A model generated the notes under the pieces. The model searched no databases. It was not told where the DNA came from and saw only the letters and a list, made by a program, of their open reading frames with translations. The translations under genes were made by a program, and so were the position numbers. From Oxyplasma meridianum (GTDB lineage Archaea; Thermoplasmatota; Thermoplasmata; Thermoplasmatales; Thermoplasmataceae): a DNA stretch of 64,000 nt. Positions within the stretch are counted from its first letter, which is position 1, and the number at the start of each line of letters is the position of its first letter. Shown piece after piece: positions 28,525 through 38,738 of the stretch. The stretch spans positions 8,131 through 72,130 of the forward strand of contig NZ_CP133772.1 of assembly GCF_038024865.1 (NCBI RefSeq), given 5' to 3'.

Positions 28525-29688
28525 TTGAATTCAACAGGTTCTTTTTTTAACGTCTGCATAAGATGCCTGGGGAGGGCATTTGCTATGGAAGGTCATGGCA
28601 TTACCAATATTCAGAGAGGCGAAGCCATAATAGCTTCTATGGGAAAAAAACTTCCGGAAAACGTAAAAGTAGTCAGTGAAGTGGAATGCTCAATATGCCA
28701 CGGCATTTTCCTGAATATGGAAAAATATGCCCAAATGTGTATACAGGAATCTTCCGGATTTGAATTCTCAACCCTCCTTGTGGGGTCAGTATTTCAACAG
28801 GATGATCTGGATTATGAACGAGAGTTCCAATCCATTTTCGGCGATCATGGGGAATCGATAAAAAAAGAGTTCAACAGGGAATTTGGAAAGTTTCTTTCCA
28901 CAAGGCTCCAGAAGGAAGTGTCTTTCAACGAACCGGAAATAACATTTCTCATAAACACAAAATACGATAGTGTTAAAATGCAGGTGAAGAGTCTCTTTAT
29001 CAGTGGTATTTACAAAAAATACAGGCGCGATATACCTCAGACAAGATGGATACATAAAACAGGCAACGGGGATTCAATTGAATCAATAATCGGGTCCAGC
29101 CTGACCGAATTTTCAGACTGTAAAAACTACTATCTTCACGGGGCAGGAAGAGAAGACGTGGACGTTAGAATGTTGGGGAATGGAAGAGAATTTGTAATTG
29201 AAGCAGAAGATCCAAAAAAAAGAAAAATTGATCTGAAACATCTTCAGAATACGGTTAATAATTCAGGGAAAGGCGTTGAGATAATGGGGCTCTCACTTTC
29301 CGACATAAATACGGTGAGAAAAATAAAGGGTGAAAAATACTCAAAAACCTACCATGCGGTAGTCGGTTGCAGTGAATCCCTTGATTGCAGAAAACTGGAG
29401 GAATCAATAAAAGAAATGATTGGAAAAGTTATATATCAAAGGACACCATTAAGAGTATCCGGTAGCAGGTCTGATCTTGTAAGAGAGAGGACGGTTCATG
29501 ATATAAAGCTTATTCGTTGCGATGTTTCATCCGGAGAGGTGGAGATAACAGCAGAATCAGGCACTTATATCAAGGAACTGGTCAATGGTGACAATGGAAG
29601 GACTGTTCCGTCTCTTTCATCTGTTTACGGATCCGATCTGAGAGTAATAGAACTGGATGTAGTAAGGATTAACAGGAGTGATGAATAA
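28525..29688 (+). CDS. pus10: tRNA pseudouridine synthase Pus10
   Basis: N-terminal Zn ribbon (CIRC...CSIC), a THUMP-like middle region, and catalytic 'GREDVDVRMLGNGREF'. TTG start 4 nt after rpoP. Confidence 0.7.
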   Translation: MNSTGSFFNVCIRCLGRAFAMEGHGITNIQRGEAIIASMGKKLPENVKVVSEVECSICHGIFLNMEKYAQMCIQESSGFEFSTLLVGSVFQQDDLDYEREFQSIFGDHGESIKKEFNREFGKFLSTRLQKEVSFNEPEITFLINTKYDSVKMQVKSLFISGIYKKYRRDIPQTRWIHKTGNGDSIESIIGSSLTEFSDCKNYYLHGAGREDVDVRMLGNGREFVIEAEDPKKRKIDLKHLQNTVNNSGKGVEIMGLSLSDINTVRKIKGEKYSKTYHAVVGCSESLDCRKLEESIKEMIGKVIYQRTPLRVSGSRSDLVRERTVHDIKLIRCDVSSGEVEITAESGTYIKELVNGDNGRTVPSLSSVYGSDLRVIELDVVRINRSDE

Positions 29689-29985
29689 ATGACAAAAATG
29701 TCTCACGGCTCAAGAGCCGGTTCCAGAATGAAACTAACCAAGAAACTGAAAGAAAAGGGCATGCCAAATGTAAACAGAATGCTCAACAAATTCGAGATTG
29801 GCGATCTTGCAGCAGTCAAGATAGAGCCATCAATTCACAAAGGTATGCCGTATCATGGATTCCATGGACTGACAGGCAGGATAGTTGGAAAACAGGGAGA
29901 ATGCTATCTCCTATCCTTGAAGATAGGGGGAGTTGAGAAAAAGGCTCTTTCTTCACCTGTGCACCTTAAGAAAATAGAAGGTTAA
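29689..29985 (+). CDS. rpl21e: Ribosomal protein L21e
   Basis: 'HGSRAGSRMKLTKK...GDLAAVKIEPSIHKGMPYHGFHGLTGRIVGKQG'. Confidence 0.9.
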   Translation: MTKMSHGSRAGSRMKLTKKLKEKGMPNVNRMLNKFEIGDLAAVKIEPSIHKGMPYHGFHGLTGRIVGKQGECYLLSLKIGGVEKKALSSPVHLKKIEG

Positions 29986-29991
29986 TTTTAC

Positions 29992-30297
29992 ATGAAAAAA
30001 AGATATGTTTCCATACCTGAGACACTGGAAATACTTTCAAGGAAGGATGCCTCAACAGAATTTGAGAAAGATGCTCTTCAATACGTTGAGGGATTTTCTA
30101 AAATAGATGAAAAAGTGGCTGAAAAATCAGTTAGTGAAATAAGAAAACTCGTGGATATCCCAGAAAAAGTCGTTGTCAAACTGATTGATCTGAAACCGGC
30201 AAACAAGGAAGAAATTACAACAATTGTCTCTTCATACGGAGTAATAATCTCGGAAAAAGATTTAAATACACTCGTGGACTATTTTAATTCTCTATAG
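29992..30297 (+). CDS. rpoF: DNA-directed RNA polymerase subunit F (Rpb4 homologue)
   Basis: About 100 aa with an HRDC-like fold. Its position between rpl21e and DUF655 is conserved across archaea. Confidence 0.7.
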   Translation: MKKRYVSIPETLEILSRKDASTEFEKDALQYVEGFSKIDEKVAEKSVSEIRKLVDIPEKVVVKLIDLKPANKEEITTIVSSYGVIISEKDLNTLVDYFNSL

Positions 30298-30308
30298 AGA
30301 CCGAGGTA

Positions 30309-30863
30309 ATGGCTTTGGAAGAATATGCATATATTTTAGATTATTTACCGCAAGGTAGAAGTGAAGATAAGAGTTATCATAAAACCCCATTGGCCTTGGC
30401 TGTAGGTGAATCAGAGCTCAAGCTGCTTGAACTTATACCAAAGCCAAATGCATTAATAGTCGTTGGGGAGAGAGTGTACATAGGAAAAAACCCAGAGAAG
30501 CGTGATAAGATTCTTTCTGTCAGAAGGCGTATTTCATACTCCGATCTCACAAGTGCTGGTGTCAATGAACTACCTTTTACTCTTGAATTGATCATAAACC
30601 AGAAAGAGCAGCTATTCCTTAAATTCTTCAACGAATCCCAACCAATTAACACGAGGAAACATACTCTGGAATTATTGCCGGGTCTCGGAAACAAGACAAT
30701 GTGGAACATACTGGAAGAAAGGAAAAAAGAACCGTTCAAATCATTCGAAGATCTAACAGAAAGGGTTAAGACGCTTCACAATCCGCAAAAGATGATAGCT
30801 AGCAGGATAATTGAAGAACTCCAAGAAAGATATGAAAAATACAAGCTTTTCGTAGCAAAATGA
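30309..30863 (+). CDS. DUF655-family putative RNA-binding protein
   Basis: 'EEYAYILDYLPQG' N-terminus and the conserved position between rpoF and ksgA in the exosome superoperon. Confidence 0.6.
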   Translation: MALEEYAYILDYLPQGRSEDKSYHKTPLALAVGESELKLLELIPKPNALIVVGERVYIGKNPEKRDKILSVRRRISYSDLTSAGVNELPFTLELIINQKEQLFLKFFNESQPINTRKHTLELLPGLGNKTMWNILEERKKEPFKSFEDLTERVKTLHNPQKMIASRIIEELQERYEKYKLFVAK

Positions 30864-31594
30864 CCTCTATAAATCTTTATCCAAAAAAATACGGGCAGGT
30901 ACTCTTAAAAGACAAAAACATAGCTCTCAAGGAAGTCATCTTACTGGGAGATATCATGGGAAGATCCGTCCTGGAGATCGGACCGGGACCTGGAACTCTT
31001 ACAGAGATACTTCTTCAAAAAGGTTCTATTGTAAACGCCATAGAACCTGATCACCAATTTTACGAAATTCTTAAACTAAAATTTGATACTCAGTTGAATG
31101 GAGGATCACTGAAAATAGAAAAAAATGATTTTCTTGAACTCAGCGGCGGAACCTATGATTTCATAATAGGAAATATTCCATATCATATCTCATCTCCAAT
31201 ACTTTTCCATCTGGAAAAGTTCCACTTCATGAGATCAATTCTGATGGTTCAGCTGGAGTTTGCAAAGCGAATGGTTGCACAGCCTGGGACTGATGAATAT
31301 TCAAGGCTTTCAATCTCCACGGCTTTAAGGTATAAAGTAAAGCTTGAAAAGGTTGTTAAAAGAGGCAGTTTTTATCCAGTTCCTGAAGTGGATTCTGCCA
31401 TTGTTTCAATCGAACCAAATCCGGTAAAATGGGAATATCCACCTAATCTTACAAACCAAATTTTAACTGAAATTTTTTCCCAGAGGAGAAAGAAACTGAA
31501 AAATATAATAAAAAACCTGCCAGAAGAACTGATGAATAAAAGGGCAGACATTCTAACAATAGAAGATCTGAAAAAAATAATGGAAATCAGCTAG
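30860..31594 (+). CDS. ksgA: 16S rRNA (adenine1518/1519-N6)-dimethyltransferase KsgA/Dim1
   Basis: SAM motif 'VLEIGPGPGTLTEIL', 'GNIPYHISSPI'. Confidence 0.9.
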   Translation: MTSINLYPKKYGQVLLKDKNIALKEVILLGDIMGRSVLEIGPGPGTLTEILLQKGSIVNAIEPDHQFYEILKLKFDTQLNGGSLKIEKNDFLELSGGTYDFIIGNIPYHISSPILFHLEKFHFMRSILMVQLEFAKRMVAQPGTDEYSRLSISTALRYKVKLEKVVKRGSFYPVPEVDSAIVSIEPNPVKWEYPPNLTNQILTEIFSQRRKKLKNIIKNLPEELMNKRADILTIEDLKKIMEIS

Positions 31595-32414
31595 AATCTG
31601 TATTTCCCATAGCTTTCTTTATTGTATCTGCAATTCCCATATTGGTCATTGGAGCAAGTCCTGCTGCCGGTGTATTCATAGGAACCATCATCAATGTACC
31701 TTTTCCTTCCAGACCGATTTCATATAGTATATTCAGCCATCTAAGCTGGAATGCTGTGGGGTTGTCAGTATACTGGTTAGCCGCTTCAACCATTTTCTGT
31801 GCCGCTTCCACTTCAGCCAGTGCAAGAGTAACTCTCGATCTCCTCTCTCTTTCAGCAGAAGCCTGTCTGGACATTGCCTCCTGAAGTGCCTGTGGAACAA
31901 TCACATCTCTTATCTCAACAGATGATACTTTTATTCCCCAGTGTTCTGTTTTCTCATCTATTATTTCTCTGGCTGATTCTCCTATCTTTTCCCTTTCAGA
32001 GAGAATTTCATCGAAAAGAGATTTACCCAGAACTTCCCTCAATGTTGTCTGTGCAGAGAAGTTAGTTGCAGTCGCATAGTTTTCAACATTCAGTGCAGCT
32101 TTTTGCGGATCGATGATCTGGAAATACATGATAGCATCCACGTTCAGTGGAACATTATCTCTGGTAAAGGTTGATTCTGTCTTAAACGACACCGCCTGTA
32201 TCCTGGTGGACATCACTACGGTCATTCTGCTGATTATTGGGGTTACATAAATTATTCCCGGCCCTTTCAGCCCGGTGAATCTACCCAGAGTTAGAACTAC
32301 ACCCCTTTCCCATTCCTTCAGTATGTGTAATCCTGAAAGAAGTATTATTATAACTATAAACAGTATAATAATTAAAAATATCTCTATACCTGATATTGCT
32401 GCCATATGATTCAT
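31587..32414 (-). CDS. SPFH/band-7 (stomatin-like) membrane protein
   Basis: N-terminal TM segment, then 'EWERGVVLTLGRFTGLKGPGIIYVTPII' and 'VPLNVDAIMYFQIIDP' stomatin-domain motifs. Confidence 0.8.
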   Translation of the reverse strand: MNHMAAISGIEIFLIIILFIVIIILLSGLHILKEWERGVVLTLGRFTGLKGPGIIYVTPIISRMTVVMSTRIQAVSFKTESTFTRDNVPLNVDAIMYFQIIDPQKAALNVENYATATNFSAQTTLREVLGKSLFDEILSEREKIGESAREIIDEKTEHWGIKVSSVEIRDVIVPQALQEAMSRQASAERERRSRVTLALAEVEAAQKMVEAANQYTDNPTAFQLRWLNILYEIGLEGKGTLMMVPMNTPAAGLAPMTNMGIADTIKKAMGNTDSS

Positions 32415-32696
32415 GGTATTGAAATAAGGCTATATAAGAATTTTTTTATTTTATTTTAAGTATATACAGGCTGAAGAACATATTACCTGTGGATGAAGAG
32501 GTATTATAGACTTTATGGATTCGCCAGCAATCGTTGAGGCAGAAAGACTTATGCATTTAAGATGCACTCATTCTGACAAACTGGGATGTTTTTGCTTTTT
32601 ATAAGTCCTGAAAAAGAAGACTTTTCTTCCAAAAAGTTAAATGCTCAGGATATGTCCAAAAAAGGAAATTAAATATAGCAAGGCATTATAAGAATT

Positions 32697-33224
32697 ATGA
32701 AAGATTTTAAAGAAGTAAAAACCGTACAGACCGTAAGGTATTCATCTGGAAAAACTAAATTCGGCAACGTTCTCGTAATATTCACTGAACAAGGCATCTG
32801 TGGAGTTACCCTGATGGGTTCAAAAGATTCGATTCATAATTATCTTAAAAAGATGTACCCGGATGCAATCATAGAGAAGGATGAAGGCAACCATCAATAC
32901 ATAGGGGGTATAGTAAAGGCAATTGACGGTTCACATCAGGATTTCACTTTTGATATACATGGAACTGAATTCCAGATGAAGGTATGGGATGCAATAAGCA
33001 AAATTCCTTACGGTTCAACCATGACTTACAGCCAGATTGCAGAAAAGATTGGCAGACCAAAGGCTGTAAGATCGGTAGCAAATGCATGTGGAAAGAACCC
33101 CGTCCCAATCATAATTCCATGTCACAGAGTCATTAGGAAAAGTGGAGATCTGGGGGGATATGGCCTGGGCATACATGTAAAGAAGCAACTCCTTGATCAC
33201 GAAAAATCTCTAATGGAAATGTAA
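32697..33224 (+). CDS. ogt: Methylated-DNA--protein-cysteine methyltransferase
   Basis: Active site 'IIIPCHRVI' and helix-turn-helix 'YGSTMTYSQIAEKIGRPKAVRSVANACGKNP'. Confidence 0.85.
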   Translation: MKDFKEVKTVQTVRYSSGKTKFGNVLVIFTEQGICGVTLMGSKDSIHNYLKKMYPDAIIEKDEGNHQYIGGIVKAIDGSHQDFTFDIHGTEFQMKVWDAISKIPYGSTMTYSQIAEKIGRPKAVRSVANACGKNPVPIIIPCHRVIRKSGDLGGYGLGIHVKKQLLDHEKSLMEM

Positions 33225-33385
33225 TGTCCGGAAACATGGATCACAAAATCTTAGGAAGATCTCATGCACAACTGAATCAATGTTTCTGACCAATTCCAGA
33301 GTGCTTTCAAAATAAAACCACTTTCCACAAACCCTTATAAAATAATATTTAAACTGATGCAACTATACAGAGCAGGTAATAAGTC

Positions 33386-34030
33386 ATGCAATTTAGAGCT
33401 AAACTGGTATCTTGGGCTGAGATCGAGAAATGGTGCAGGAACATCGGGAAACAGGTAATTAATTCAGGTTTTATTCCAGAAGCCATAATAGGGCTTTCCA
33501 GGGGAGGATTGGTGCCTGCAAGAATGCTTTCGGATAGGTTATGGATTAAGGATCTCTACGCGGTCAAGACAGAGCACTGGGGATTTACTGCTACCAAGGA
33601 TGGGAAAGCTGTGCTGAAAAGACAGGGAGATCCCAATATTAATGGTAAGAGGGTGCTAGTTCTGGATGATATAACCGATACTGGGGAAAGCATGAAACTT
33701 GCATTTGACTATATAAAATCTCTATCACCCGCAGAGATCAGAACTTCCACCATGCTGCACATAACAAGATCAAGCTTCAAGCCTGATTTCTATTCAGAAG
33801 AGATTAATGAAGAGAAATGGGCATGGTTCATCTTCCCATGGAATGTTTACGAGGACCTGGATAACCTGATAGGAAGATCAATGGTTGTACCATCTTCTGC
33901 TTCTGACATCGAAAATATACTTAAGGATGATTATAACATTTCCTTTGCAGATGTAGATCTGCCAATGCTTTTGAATGATCTTGTAGACAGCGGAAGACTC
34001 AAACTTGAAAAAGGGAAGTATTCCAAATAA
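33386..34030 (+). CDS. Type I phosphoribosyltransferase (purine PRTase-like)
   Basis: PRPP-binding 'VLVLDDITDTGESM'. Confidence 0.65.
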   Translation: MQFRAKLVSWAEIEKWCRNIGKQVINSGFIPEAIIGLSRGGLVPARMLSDRLWIKDLYAVKTEHWGFTATKDGKAVLKRQGDPNINGKRVLVLDDITDTGESMKLAFDYIKSLSPAEIRTSTMLHITRSSFKPDFYSEEINEEKWAWFIFPWNVYEDLDNLIGRSMVVPSSASDIENILKDDYNISFADVDLPMLLNDLVDSGRLKLEKGKYSK

Positions 34031-34033
34031 ATC

Positions 34034-34969
34034 TCAGTTAGGAAGAACAATTGTTCCGGTCTGTTCCATTGAGGCTTTCCTGGAATTTTCAATGGAAGTT
34101 ATTATGGATCGCTTGCCACCCTTCCTGACAAATTCCATAGCAGCCTTTATTTTTGGGCCCATGCTTCCAGATGCAAAAAATCCTCTGCTATAAAGATCCT
34201 GGATCTCATCAAGTTTTATTCTCCCTATCTTCTCCTGGTCTTTGCTTCCGTAGTTTGTATAGGCAAAAGGCACATCGGTAAGTATCATGAAGCTATGTGC
34301 ATCTATGATGGAGGCAAGAAGGGAAGAGGCCAGATCCTTGTCAATTACTGCATCGACTCCAACAAATTTGCCATTTCTCCTGACTACTGGTATCCCTCCA
34401 CCTCCCACGGCAATGGGCTGAAAACCGTCTGCAAGAAGTCTTATGATGGAGTTTCTTTCCATTATGTCCATGGGTGCAGGTGATGGAACAAGCCTTCTCC
34501 ATCCTCTACCCGAGTCTTCTTTCATTGACCACTTCAGATCATTCATGAGAGAATCAGCTTCCTGTTTTTTATAGAAAGGACCTATAGGTTTAGATGGATT
34601 TGAAAACGCTGGATCGTCATCTGAAACCACTGTCCGTGTTATAATCACCACAGGTTCCTTTGAATATCCCTGTTGCAATCTTACACTGTCGTAAGCAAGT
34701 GACATTATATGGCCAATCAGTCCCATGGACATTGATCCGCAGGCATGAAGGGGCATTGAAGGTACTATGTTCTTGGAATTCTCATTCTGCAAAAGGATGT
34801 TTCCTACCTGTGGCCCGTTGCCATGGGTTATGACCACACTATTATCTTCAAGTATTTCCCAGATGCCGTTGAAAGCTTCAACAGCCCTTTCATACTGTGA
34901 CTGGAAAGAAGGTACATCGCCATTCCTGAGGAGAGCATTCCCTCCAAATGCTATTACAAATTTCTCCAT
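34034..34969 (-). CDS. arcC: Carbamate kinase
   Basis: 'KFVIAFGGNALL', amino-acid kinase fold, about 311 aa from Met 34969. The ORF-track N-terminal extension to 35086 is probably not translated. Confidence 0.8.
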   Translation of the reverse strand: MEKFVIAFGGNALLRNGDVPSFQSQYERAVEAFNGIWEILEDNSVVITHGNGPQVGNILLQNENSKNIVPSMPLHACGSMSMGLIGHIMSLAYDSVRLQQGYSKEPVVIITRTVVSDDDPAFSNPSKPIGPFYKKQEADSLMNDLKWSMKEDSGRGWRRLVPSPAPMDIMERNSIIRLLADGFQPIAVGGGGIPVVRRNGKFVGVDAVIDKDLASSLLASIIDAHSFMILTDVPFAYTNYGSKDQEKIGRIKLDEIQDLYSRGFFASGSMGPKIKAAMEFVRKGGKRSIITSIENSRKASMEQTGTIVLPN

Positions 34970-35053
34970 AATTTCACCTGAAAATATGTTATTGCTGCCA
35001 GATATAAAAATAAATGCTATAAGGAAATAAAGTCGTTTTCTCTCCATAGGCCC

Positions 35054-35929
35054 ATGTTGTGCATACCTCAAAACATAAAAAAACATATTTCAATGATAAG
35101 GGCATATCTTGCTATGAAACTTACAATTGCACATACGCCAGACCCAGACGACTCTTTTATGTTCTACGGTATGCTGGAAAATAAAATAAAATGCAAACAC
35201 CAGTACACTCAGGTGGTAAAAGATATAGAAACCCTCAATAATGAGGCACCCACTGGTCAGTACGATGTCACTGCAATATCGGCAAACGGTTATGCCATGG
35301 TTAACGATAAATACGCCCTTACGACATCAGGTGCAAGCTTTGGCTTGAGCTACGGCCCTATTGTAGTAGCCAAAGGGAATGTGGACCTTAAAAATGCAGT
35401 GGTCGCAAGTCCAGGAAAATACACATCTTCATATCTCCTTTACAGAATGTTTGCCCCAATGCCCAGGAAATTCATAGAGGTAAGGTTTGACAAGATTAGC
35501 GAAGCAGTTTTAAACGGTGAGGCTGACGCAGGCATTCTCATACATGATGAACAGCTTACATACCAGGACAAGGGTTTAAAAAAGGTATATGATGTCTACA
35601 GTGCGTGGAAAGAGTACGCTGGAGATCTGCCAATCCCGCTGGGTTTCAATGCCATTAAGAAATCAATTGGTTCTGAAGCCATAAAAGGTTTCAAAGAAGA
35701 CTTTGAAAATTCCATAAAATATGGTATGGAACACGAGGATGACGCCGTAAGGTATTCACTGCAATATGCCAGATACAACGATATGGAACTCGAAAGAAAG
35801 TTCATAAAAATGTATGTTAATAATCTTACGATAAACTTCGGAGAAGAGGGAAGAAACGCTCTGGATCTATATTATAAGAGATCCTTCGAGATGAATCTTT
35901 TGAAATCTTTTAAGATGGAAATAGTCTAA
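35054..35929 (+). CDS. MqnA/MqnD-family protein (futalosine-pathway menaquinone biosynthesis)
   Basis: 'LTIAHTPDPDDSFMFYGM' resembles the MqnD 'SPCPNDTF' N-terminal motif; periplasmic-binding-like fold and matching length. Confidence 0.5.
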   Translation: MLCIPQNIKKHISMIRAYLAMKLTIAHTPDPDDSFMFYGMLENKIKCKHQYTQVVKDIETLNNEAPTGQYDVTAISANGYAMVNDKYALTTSGASFGLSYGPIVVAKGNVDLKNAVVASPGKYTSSYLLYRMFAPMPRKFIEVRFDKISEAVLNGEADAGILIHDEQLTYQDKGLKKVYDVYSAWKEYAGDLPIPLGFNAIKKSIGSEAIKGFKEDFENSIKYGMEHEDDAVRYSLQYARYNDMELERKFIKMYVNNLTINFGEEGRNALDLYYKRSFEMNLLKSFKMEIV

Positions 35930-35942
35930 AGTTTCCTTCAGT

Positions 35943-36680
35943 TTATAATCCCAGGTAAACTACCACTCCCGTTATAACCAGGATAAGTCCTATGAGATAA
36001 TCCGTAAATCTTCCTGGCATATTTTTCAGCCTTTTGGTTCCAGGGAGATTTGAGGTTAACCACACCACCGCAGCAAGTGTAAGGGTTGTTACAGCAATGA
36101 AAGTTGTGGTTATATAAGCAGTATCAACACTCCCCAACCTAAAGGAAGCTATGAAAATAGGCAGATATGCCAGGTCAGGAAAAGCACTTACCGCCAGAGC
36201 CGATCTGGACATAAGTTCATCATTGCTTTCATTTGCCTCTCTCAATCCGTTTAATATAAAGTATGCTGCAATGATAAACATAAGAAGTATTGATATATCC
36301 GTAAGGAGGTGCACAGAAGATTTCAGGACCATTATCCCAACAAGTAGTACTAGAAATGCTACAAGAACTGAGGATCCGGAATGACCCAACCCCAACAGGA
36401 CGGCAATTCCATATTTAGATTTCCGGCTATAATTTCTCGTTTTCGAAATGATCAGTAAAGGAACCCAGTGATCCGGTGCAATCATATGGAAGATGGCGAC
36501 GAGTATTGCTGTTGAGATGAGAACTGCGAAGAGGGGCACCCGCGGAGAATCTAATTTACTATAAAAACAGTGGCATATGTTTATGGACCCTTGCAATGCC
36601 ATTTTACATACTACTCCATGTTCAGGTTCAGTGGAAAATTTAAAACGGTGGGATCTCCCCCCATCCTTATTTATGGGCAA
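35943..36680 (-). CDS. Integral membrane protein, NicO/RcnA-like Ni/Co transporter family (tentative)
   Basis: Six or more TM helices and an 'HMIAPDH' H-x4-D-H signature in TM1; 'LGLGHSG' in TM2. Confidence 0.45.
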   Translation of the reverse strand: MPINKDGGRSHRFKFSTEPEHGVVCKMALQGSINICHCFYSKLDSPRVPLFAVLISTAILVAIFHMIAPDHWVPLLIISKTRNYSRKSKYGIAVLLGLGHSGSSVLVAFLVLLVGIMVLKSSVHLLTDISILLMFIIAAYFILNGLREANESNDELMSRSALAVSAFPDLAYLPIFIASFRLGSVDTAYITTTFIAVTTLTLAAVVWLTSNLPGTKRLKNMPGRFTDYLIGLILVITGVVVYLGL

Positions 36681-36719
36681 ATTTAAAATACAAACTTACG
36701 AATAGCCCGTGAAACTCAT

Positions 36720-37238
36720 TTGAACGGCAGCATCTATGAAAGGGAACTGGCAAACCTGCTATCAGGTAAGGCATCCAATATAGAGAAATTTTCAAAGAAA
36801 CTTCCTCCCGATGCAAACAGAGATTTAAAGTCACTTTTGGAAAGCCCTTTTTATGTTACAAGGGCAGCGGGCTCACTTGGAGCAGATCTCATTGCTGTCA
36901 GGCATGATGTCTCCCTAATCATCGAAGTCAAGTCTTCCCAGCATGATGTTATACATTTTGCCGAATCTTCCGGCAAGAGACAGGAACAGGCCGACAGACT
37001 TATTGAGAAATGCAGACTTTCAGGTCTTTTCATCACGTATGCCTACAGGTTAAAGAATGCACCAGGGGATTCATGGCGACTGTTTTCAATGCCCGGAGAT
37101 CCCCTTGGGAGAATGAAATACGTTTACAACATACTTCCAAGGGCAGATGAAACAAAAAAGGGAAGTTATATGCTGAAATGGGAAAAAGGCCTTCCACTCA
37201 GCAAATTTATTGGTTATATGAATTTTAAGATTGAATAA
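36720..37238 (+). CDS. hjc: Holliday-junction resolvase Hjc-like nuclease
   Basis: 'YERELANLL', 'RAAGSLGADLIA', 'LIIEVKSS' match the Hjc E..D..EVK catalytic core. It carries a roughly 25-aa insertion after the first helix and a longer C-terminus than canonical Hjc. Confidence 0.65.
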   Translation: MNGSIYERELANLLSGKASNIEKFSKKLPPDANRDLKSLLESPFYVTRAAGSLGADLIAVRHDVSLIIEVKSSQHDVIHFAESSGKRQEQADRLIEKCRLSGLFITYAYRLKNAPGDSWRLFSMPGDPLGRMKYVYNILPRADETKKGSYMLKWEKGLPLSKFIGYMNFKIE

Positions 37239-37240
37239 GG

Positions 37241-38623
37241 TTAGAGTGACTGTTTTATTGCCTTATCCAGGGCATCTATTCCCATATCAATCTCACTCTG
37301 TTTTATGTTCAGCGGAGGTATGAGCCTAACCGCGCTGGTTCCAGTGGAAAGAGTTATAAGTCCATTTTCAAAAGCTTTGTATTCCACTTTGTCTCTTAGC
37401 TTTACATCCGGTTCTCTTGTTTTCTGGTCCTTTACAAAGTCAATTGCCACCATGAGCCCAATACCCCTTACATCACCTATTGAACTGTATTTGTCCTTAA
37501 GTTCAAGGAGCCTTTTCTTGAAATAAATTCCCTGATTTACAACATTATCCAGAATTTTCTCCTTTTTCATGGTCTCAATTGTTGCAGTTGCTGCTACACT
37601 TGCTAAGACATTTCCTCCGAATGTATTGCTGTGAAGTCCCGATTCTGGGAAATCCAGTCTTGAGTTTATCACCACAGCTCCCATGGGTATTCCAGATGCA
37701 ACGGCTTTTGCTATGGTGATAACTTCAGGTTCAACTCCGAAATGTTCAGAGGCAAAATACTTTCCAGTTCTCCCCATTCCACTCTGCACCTCATCCATTA
37801 TTACCAGAATATTATTCTCATCTGCAAGCTTCCTGAGATCCTTATGGAAGTTCTTTGGGGGAACTATATAACCTCCTTCTCCCTGTATTGGTTCAACAAG
37901 AAAAGCTGCAACATTTTCAGGTGGTGCATACGTTTTCAGCACATATTTTTCTATGAAATCAAGAGTTCTGTTTACAAGCTCATCAGGGTGTTCATAACCG
38001 TCAATTCCGAATGCATTTCTGAATGGATTTGGGTAAGGTACATGGTGAACACCAGGCATAGTGGGAAAGAAACCCTTCTGCTGGATGGCCTTGGAAGCTG
38101 TCATTGAGAGGGCTCCCTGTGTCCTTCCATGGAATCCTCCGATAAAACTTATGAATTGCTGCTTCTTTGTAAATATCTTGGCTATCTTTATTGCTGCTTC
38201 ATTGCTCTCTGCTCCACTGTTTGAGAAGAACACTTTCTTTTTGAATGTTCCGGGGGTTATTGACTCTATAGATCTTGCGGCGTCAACCTGCTCCTTGTAA
38301 TAAAAGTCAGTGCCGGCAAAATGCCAAAGTTTATGGATCTGTTCCTCAACCTTTGCTGTTACATAGGGATGGATATGCCCAAGATTAGTTACGCTTATTC
38401 CACTGGCAAAATCCAGAAAAACGTTTCCATCTGCGTCTTCCACGAATGATCCTCTGCCCCTTTTTGCAACCAGTGGCAGAGACTTTGTGCTTGTAACCAG
38501 AAATTCAGAGTCTGAATCAATAATTTTTTTTGCCTCCGGCCCAGGTGGCATGATTCTTATCTTTATACTGTCTAGATTCTGTTCCTTATTGTTTGAAACT
38601 TTTTCCTCCATCATAACTATCAT
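37241..38623 (-). CDS. Class III pyridoxal-phosphate aminotransferase
   Basis: 'DEVQSGMGRTGK' (Lys is the PLP site), 'LVEPIQGEGG', 'SNSGAESNEAAIK'. Confidence 0.85.
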   Translation of the reverse strand: MIVMMEEKVSNNKEQNLDSIKIRIMPPGPEAKKIIDSDSEFLVTSTKSLPLVAKRGRGSFVEDADGNVFLDFASGISVTNLGHIHPYVTAKVEEQIHKLWHFAGTDFYYKEQVDAARSIESITPGTFKKKVFFSNSGAESNEAAIKIAKIFTKKQQFISFIGGFHGRTQGALSMTASKAIQQKGFFPTMPGVHHVPYPNPFRNAFGIDGYEHPDELVNRTLDFIEKYVLKTYAPPENVAAFLVEPIQGEGGYIVPPKNFHKDLRKLADENNILVIMDEVQSGMGRTGKYFASEHFGVEPEVITIAKAVASGIPMGAVVINSRLDFPESGLHSNTFGGNVLASVAATATIETMKKEKILDNVVNQGIYFKKRLLELKDKYSSIGDVRGIGLMVAIDFVKDQKTREPDVKLRDKVEYKAFENGLITLSTGTSAVRLIPPLNIKQSEIDMGIDALDKAIKQSL

Positions 38624-38738
38624 CTACAAATATGCCTAAGAAATATATATCTTATTGAAAGCAAAACGAAAGATTATTACGATTTTCGTATTTACAGAAT
38701 GATAGGCTTTTATACTGATTTATTAATTCCGATTTAAC

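Noticed and set aside
34970-35086. N-terminal extensions of longest ORFs for arcC (and similarly pyrE to 44846, the surface protein from 19485, and eif6 from 43527)
   Set aside because: The conserved protein N-termini begin at internal Met codons. The extensions overlap neighbouring genes or precede signal peptides, so they are artefacts of longest-ORF calling.
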